DNA of 63,122 nt, filler included, from Licmophora abbreviata (taxonomy: Eukaryota), in the NCBI GenBank assembly GCA_900291995.1. It is 11 parts of 11 records of this genome, joined end to end, with 100 filler letters (N's around TTAATTAATTAA, not from the genome) between each part and the next. Parts side by side here need not be neighbours in the genome. Positions count along the whole stretch, not along the records: positions 54,021 to 60,926 come from OLMU01000884.1; positions 61,027 to 63,122 come from OLMU01000889.1; 9 more parts are not named here. One strand, written 5' to 3'. The notes under the pieces were generated by a model. It was not told the origin of the DNA and did no database searches. It saw only the letters and a program-made list of their open reading frames with translations. Position numbers and translations under genes: made by a program. Of the stretch, positions 57,571 through 63,122 are shown piece after piece; the first letter of the stretch is position 1; each line of letters opens with the position of its first letter.

Positions 57571-59117
57571 ATGAACCATTCCAACACCAACAGGTTAGCG
57601 GTGCTGTTCAACCTTTCTCTCTTTTTCGGTGCGTCCACTGCTCAGACGTACCGTCGATGGAGCGATATATTCCCCAATGGAGCTCCAACCATCCAAGGCC
57701 TGCTTGCTGATGATGGCGGCAGTCCCACACAGCCACCCGACAGCACTGTCCGTAAGTTAGTCATGTTTTGCAGAAATACGCACGAGTGTTTGTCCAATGC
57801 GGCTTGCATATCTTACCCACTCTTTCTCCCGTCGTCCTCTTCTTCGTCAGAATATGGACTACAACCTTCGTGCCGGACACAGGACAGCACAGGATACAAT
57901 GTGTGTCTCGACCTCGAGAGTGTGACCGGTCAGTTCCAACCCTGGATGGCTATATTTGACGACGCCCGCACCAAATGGCAAAAAGTAATCGTTGGAGACC
58001 TTCCCTCGGCGTCGAGCGTTGGTCTACCCTCGGGGGGACAGTTCGTGTGTACCGGCTACCCAAGTGTCATTGATGACATTTACCTTTGTGGGAGGGACGC
58101 GAACATTGATGGGCCTGGTCAAATCTTGGGTGGCGCCGCGCCACTGTTTGGACAGGAGCTTACGAATCGTCCCAACAACCCAATAACGGGCCAGCCGTAC
58201 TTTGTTGCACTCACTGGCATAATGGAATTCGACATTGCGGACATTGATCGAGAGATTCGAAATGGGAGGTTTAAAGAAATTGTCAAGCATGAGTAAGTGC
58301 ACATTACGTGCTCGTTGGGTTTCCTACAGCAACGGGATGGATGCTAACCTGTCTTTTCGCTACTATGCCTCATCTACCCTCGCATTCTGTTCAAAATAGG
58401 ATGGGACACGGTATGTAAAGAAATGATGTCTCCTAGTCTCTTGCGACTCTTGCATCTCCCTTCTCACTTTCGTCCTTATCATTGCTCTCTGTGCTGACCC
58501 CAGTGATTGGAGTCGGAAGTACCATTTGGGAACTCAACGGACTCTACACACCCGGCTCTGCTACCTACGAATCCAACACGAATGCCGAGCGAGAGTGGCA
58601 TGACCTGATTGGTTGCAACAATGTGGGATTGCCCGTCGAACTCGATGGCGGTCAGGGGACTGCCGGATCTCATTGGGACGAAACGTGTTTGCAGGATGAA
58701 ATCATGACGGGCTTCATTAGTGGAATTGAACAGCCCTTTTCACGAATTTCCGTCGGCACTTTGGAAGATATGGGGTACATTGTAGACTATTCCCAGGCGG
58801 ATCCGTTCACTACTTCACAGCTCGGCGGCTTTTGTAGGAATGCCTGCAGGCGTCGGCTGCGATCTTCCAGTCACGGCGACAATGAATTCTCTTCCATTCG
58901 TAAGCCGCAGCGAGAGCTGACTGAAGACGAAGAGAACCAAGTCATGCAGTATGCCAAGACTCGACTTTCAACGTTGCATGACGAGCGAACCGATGACGAG
59001 ACGCTTGGCGATGGAATTGTGTACGTAGGGGGCGACAGCATGGATGTCTTTTATCTGGATAGCAATATGGATCTCCATGTTCGTGCTATTACATACGATG
59101 AGGTTGTTCACATTTAA
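57571..59117 (+). CDS. Secreted leishmanolysin-like (M8) zinc metalloprotease, 4 exons
   Basis: Signal peptide; IDGPGQILGGAAP; spliced HEMGHVIGVG; ELDGGQGTAGSHW, EIMTGF, LEDMGY; introns 57752-57850, 58293-58399, 58411-58503. Confidence 0.88.
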
Positions 59118-59245
59118 AGTCGAAACTATCGGGTAATGCTGCGAACGCGCCAGATAGTAAGTTTGCTGCTTTTTAATCTAGCATTCTTGTACTGTAGGCC
59201 TTAGTATATGTTGTTGGGTTTCATCTCCGCTGATTCCTTTTTATC

Positions 59246-60721
59246 CTACACAGCTTCGATCGGCGGCTCTGGTTTTGTCTTCTTTGCCGTGTTGTCGTTG
59301 GCAGCACTCGACGACGCCCTTCGCTTCTTCCCGCCACGCTTCCGTCCAGCAGCCGGTTCCTCTGCTTTATGATACGTCTGGGCAAAGAGAGACGATTGGT
59401 GTTTTTGCAAGAAACGCACGAGATCACCAAGCTTGGAGTAAATGGGTCGTGTCTCGACATCCTTGAGCTGCCCAGCCAACAAGGCAGGCAGATGGACCAA
59501 GAAACGGAGCAAGTGTTCGCACCCGTATAACTCACAAGAACGGAGCATCGACAAAGTCTCTTCTTCCGTGATGAGGTCTAGCTGTGGAAGCTCGTGTCGA
59601 TAAAGGAGATACGTCGGTGCCAACTGGTTGAAAAGCATCTCGATGCCCTCAACCATGTCCTTCCACTCTCGTTGTTTCTTCGCCAGCTCGTCGTCTTCGC
59701 CTGGCTCAGACTTCTTCGTCGATTCCTTGTTCACAGATTCTAGCTGCTCGCCGGCGACGGCATCCGTCTTGGGTGCGAGCATCTCAAGCTTTGACTGAAG
59801 GTACTGGTCCAGCGCATCGTGTACAGTCACGGAAGCTGGCAGATTGGGCAGCATGTTGCATTGCGTGATGACCTCCCACTCGTCCACCATGACTTTCTTC
59901 AACGAGAATGGCAGAACGAGCTTCTCGGCATAAACTTTGCGACGGCGCCCCTGCAACGACTGTTCACGTAGTCCCAACTCCTTGGCTACCGCCGTCTTGG
60001 TCCACTGTTTCTGTTGGGCTACGGGCTTTGTGTCTTGTTCGTCTTCGATGTTTGCGTCCTTCTCTTCCAAGATTATTCCCTGTCGAGCCAGGTCTTCTCG
60101 CTTCTCTTCCGCCCGTCGTTCTTGTTCTAGAAGCTTCATGCGCTGCTCCAATTCCAGCCAAATCTTGGCCCCCTTGGCCGATTTGTTCGTCTTGCGATAT
60201 TTCGCCTTGACCGCCCGCACTTCGTCTTGAAGTCTCTTGGCGAGATCTCTCGTCCCCTCACTGAGTTCATAGAGCGCATCGCACTCCACCCATCGATCCC
60301 ACTTCACATTCCACCCCAAGTAATGCACAAAGCAGTGCCAGGCCGGTTCTGGTTCTTGCTGAAAGAACTCTTCAATTTCGTCTTGCGTCATGGACGTATT
60401 GGGATGAAGTTGACGATGTCGCGATATGCAATACATGCAACGACGTATCACTGCTTCATACAGCAGACCACTCATCATGTCCCTGGCAAACACACGCTGA
60501 CCCTTTTCATAGGGACAAGGTGGCGGGGTACCGTCGTCGTCGTTGTCGCCCATGGCAGAGTGAGCACCTGATGCATTATCGGTATCCGCTGTTGTGAAAT
60601 TACCGGCACTACTAAATGAATTTGGGGTGGTCGGCTCCTGCGCGTCGTCAGCGGCTGAATCCAAGTGCTTTTCCGCAGTGGGAGTGGCGGTACTCGCGGC
60701 TTCTGCTTCCATGGTTGACAT
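59246..60721 (-). CDS. MRG15/Eaf3-family chromatin protein (chromo-barrel plus MRG domain)
   Basis: LYEAVI, FVHYLGWNVKWDRWV, LKKVMVDEWE, LLYRHE, YGCEHLLRF. Confidence 0.9.
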   Translation of the reverse strand: MSTMEAEAASTATPTAEKHLDSAADDAQEPTTPNSFSSAGNFTTADTDNASGAHSAMGDNDDDGTPPPCPYEKGQRVFARDMMSGLLYEAVIRRCMYCISRHRQLHPNTSMTQDEIEEFFQQEPEPAWHCFVHYLGWNVKWDRWVECDALYELSEGTRDLAKRLQDEVRAVKAKYRKTNKSAKGAKIWLELEQRMKLLEQERRAEEKREDLARQGIILEEKDANIEDEQDTKPVAQQKQWTKTAVAKELGLREQSLQGRRRKVYAEKLVLPFSLKKVMVDEWEVITQCNMLPNLPASVTVHDALDQYLQSKLEMLAPKTDAVAGEQLESVNKESTKKSEPGEDDELAKKQREWKDMVEGIEMLFNQLAPTYLLYRHELPQLDLITEEETLSMLRSCELYGCEHLLRFLVHLPALLAGQLKDVETRPIYSKLGDLVRFLQKHQSSLFAQTYHKAEEPAAGRKRGGKKRRASSSAANDNTAKKTKPEPPIEAV

Positions 60722-61239
60722 CCTAAATGCAAAGGAGTTGTTACGGCAACATCAGCAGCAATGCGTTCATCATCGCGACGTCGAACTTGGGAACTTTGGA
60801 CTCCGGAATCGCTTTTATTTTTGGTATTCGAAAAAAGAAATGAAGACTGTGCTGTGCAGAGATATGTGTGTCTCACCATGACCTGTCAGTCATGTAATTA
60901 TTAAGTGAGAACAACATCTGGGACATNNNNNNNNNNNNNNNNNNNNNNNNNNNNNNNNNNNNNNNNNNNNTTAATTAATTAANNNNNNNNNNNNNNNNNN
61001 NNNNNNNNNNNNNNNNNNNNNNNNNNCCCCGAGCGAGCTACATAGCAAGAGCCTGAATGACATCTGCTCGATATCACACCGAGCAGATCTCATGGAGCAC
61101 ATGTGTAGGTACTAGTAACTGCGCCTGTGAATGGAGTAGACAATTGTTCTGGAATCACGAGCTAGAAGGCATGAGACGGCTGCGCTCGCATCAGAGATCC
61201 TAGGACTGCGTATATATGCCTCACTACCATGCATCATCC

Positions 61240-61629
61240 TTATTCCTTCTGAACTACGACATTCCACTCTTCAATAGAATGACCAGTCACAATACCGTTC
61301 GCCACATAGGGGTCTCCTTCGACAAACGCCTTGGCACTCTCTTCATCGGTGAAGACGAAAACAGCCCCCGTCGGCGGACTGACTCCCGGGGGACCCGTTG
61401 GCCCACCGCTCAAGCATTTTCCTTCCTCAATGAGCTTCTTCGCCAATCCTAAATGACCCTCACGATATGGACCGCGTTTTTCGAGGACTTCTGGAATGTA
61501 ATCGTACTTCAGTAGATAATTGATGGCGGCGAGGCGAGAGGTCGAAGAGTAGGCAGCTTGACGAGTCGATGAAGCGACAAACGCCAGCATGGATGCTCTC
61601 CCCAAAGATAAGCAGCTGTAGCCCCACAT
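61240..61629 (-). CDS. YCII-related domain protein
   Basis: RGPYREGHL, SGGP, GAVFVF, FVEGDPYVANGIV..HSIEEW. Confidence 0.85.
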   Translation of the reverse strand: MWGYSCLSLGRASMLAFVASSTRQAAYSSTSRLAAINYLLKYDYIPEVLEKRGPYREGHLGLAKKLIEEGKCLSGGPTGPPGVSPPTGAVFVFTDEESAKAFVEGDPYVANGIVTGHSIEEWNVVVQKE

Positions 61630-62143
61630 TATGATTCTAAAATACTGGTGGATAGAAAACGGGTGAATGAAGGTCGTCGTGGACACACAAGTGAGTGGAT
61701 TAAGACAACACGACGACGTCGCCGAGATGCATGATGGTTGCGTCTTGTGACGTTTGTCGCATTCCTGTATGATACGAGAGTCCCAATTTTCGAGTTTTTA
61801 TTGAAATGTATTTATTGCTGTAGTAATTGAGATGGCAAATGTTTTTACTCGGTCTTCAAGACGCAATCTCGCTTCGAACAACTCAACGCATCTCCAACAT
61901 CAGTAAATAAGAACAAAACGTCCTCATAGACACCGTGCCAGCATATTTTTCGGTCACAAGACTGATGCTTGGATGTGATCAGCCCCTTACAAGAATCATT
62001 GCATTCGACCCTCACAAAGTGGCCAAGACGTTCCGCGTTTCTATACCTGTTGGCTGCCTGGAACTAGCTGTAGGAAAGAAGGCGCCGATACAACAAATCG
62101 CACGATGCGTGCTTTTCCACGGCCCGAAACTGTTTCACCCAAC

Positions 62144-63122
62144 ATGGGAGGGCCCTCGCGAGCTGGATCAACAAGGAGCAACGTGGCTCATGAAACGCCC
62201 CCGTTGGTAACTCCTGGCCGCGTCCAATCCAGCCCTCGCCCGCATGCGGTCACTCCGTCGAGGGAGGAGGATCCCTTTGACGTATTTAAGGCACCCAACA
62301 GCAAGAATCGCCAAACGAATTCATCTCCATTCGAAATGGAGTATGACAAGAGCGCAGGAAATCCTTTTGTCCAGGAAGAAGAAATGCCAATGGACGAGGC
62401 ATTGGATAGGGGCGTTCAAACAAAGCTTGTCGTCCGAGAAGAGGAAGAGACTCGCCATGCAGTACCCAAAGAAAAGGTTGCCTCGCCCAAAGTTATTTCG
62501 CCTAGAGTTGTGTCATCCGCAACAAAAACAACTCGATTCACAAAGTCATCACCCAAGATGGAACGTGCCCGACAGCGCATGCGCCAGACTTTGGGACTGA
62601 GCGCTGTGGATGCTGCGGATCGAGGTGGCGGTGTGGGTCATATCAACGCTCGTCCATCCCCTGACGCGAAACGCAACGACCCGTCTGTCGTCAAGCCTTC
62701 ACAGGCCAGTCAGCAGCCCTCTGCGGTTCAACGCTCACAGTTGTCCCCTGACGAGCAAGCCATGTGGGATGAAATCCAAGAGAAGATCGAGACGGTTCAA
62801 AGTCAGTCATCAGGAAAGTGCAGGGTACTGCAGCGAGAGATCGAGAACTCGACGGCGCAGCTCGATCAAGCGCGTCGGCATGAACAGGAACTCGAAGGCA
62901 AGCTCGACGAAGCCCGTGGCCAACTGGAGACTCTCAAAACGCGGCAACCGCACGATAGTCCCACCACGACAAACGATGAACTTCAAGCTAGGTGTCTCGA
63001 GGAAAAGATCGCCAAGACAGAATCGCTCTACAAAGAAGCACACGAGATGACAACCGCACAGGAAACCCAGCACGAGAACACCGTTCGCGCCATCGACCGT
63101 GTGCTAGCGGATGTGACAAAGG
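62144..63122 (+). CDS. Hypothetical coiled-coil protein, running off the window end
   Basis: Frame from ATG 62144 (MGGPSRAG...) appears open to the end, with heptad-like EIQEKIE...ELEGKLDEARGQLE; absent from the ORF track because it has no stop. Confidence 0.7.
   Translation, partial: MGGPSRAGSTRSNVAHETPPLVTPGRVQSSPRPHAVTPSREEDPFDVFKAPNSKNRQTNSSPFEMEYDKSAGNPFVQEEEMPMDEALDRGVQTKLVVREEEETRHAVPKEKVASPKVISPRVVSSATKTTRFTKSSPKMERARQRMRQTLGLSAVDAADRGGGVGHINARPSPDAKRNDPSVVKPSQASQQPSAVQRSQLSPDEQAMWDEIQEKIETVQSQSSGKCRVLQREIENSTAQLDQARRHEQELEGKLDEARGQLETLKTRQPHDSPTTTNDELQARCLEEKIAKTESLYKEAHEMTTAQETQHENTVRAIDRVLADVTK

Overview
Gene-dense eukaryotic nuclear scaffold (~50% GC, short GT-AG introns), most likely from a pennate diatom. 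This is inferred from DUF6824-type repeats, diatom-style bZIPs and signal peptide plus ASAF-like plastid presequences. It is broken by ten identical 100-nt artificial gaps (44 N + TTAATTAATTAA + 44 N). About 39 protein-coding genes are supportable, mostly housekeeping: EF-1alpha, RPB11, NDUFS7, WDR82, STE24, PIG-P, ZNF593, a cyclin, MRG, Prx5 and mini-RNase III. I saw no rRNA, tRNA, CRISPR or transposon. The most striking item is a ~2,290-aa single-intron gene (134-7091). It joins a signal peptide, a BPI/LBP-like (TULIP) domain, a ~650-aa tandem duplication and two C-terminal PqiA/LetA-like membrane domains, so it is a candidate one-chain eukaryotic lipid-transfer conduit. Other points of interest: two head-to-head paralog pairs (bZIP/bZIP with a G-box-rich shared promoter; MAPEG/MAPEG), neighbouring PhoD and PhoX phosphatases, a bacterial-type GH55 beta-1,3-glucanase, an 11-nt micro-exon carrying part of a protease HExxH motif, a frameshift at an (AAC)10 tract, and a divergent EF-1alpha. 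All family calls come from motif recognition by eye; no database searches were run.
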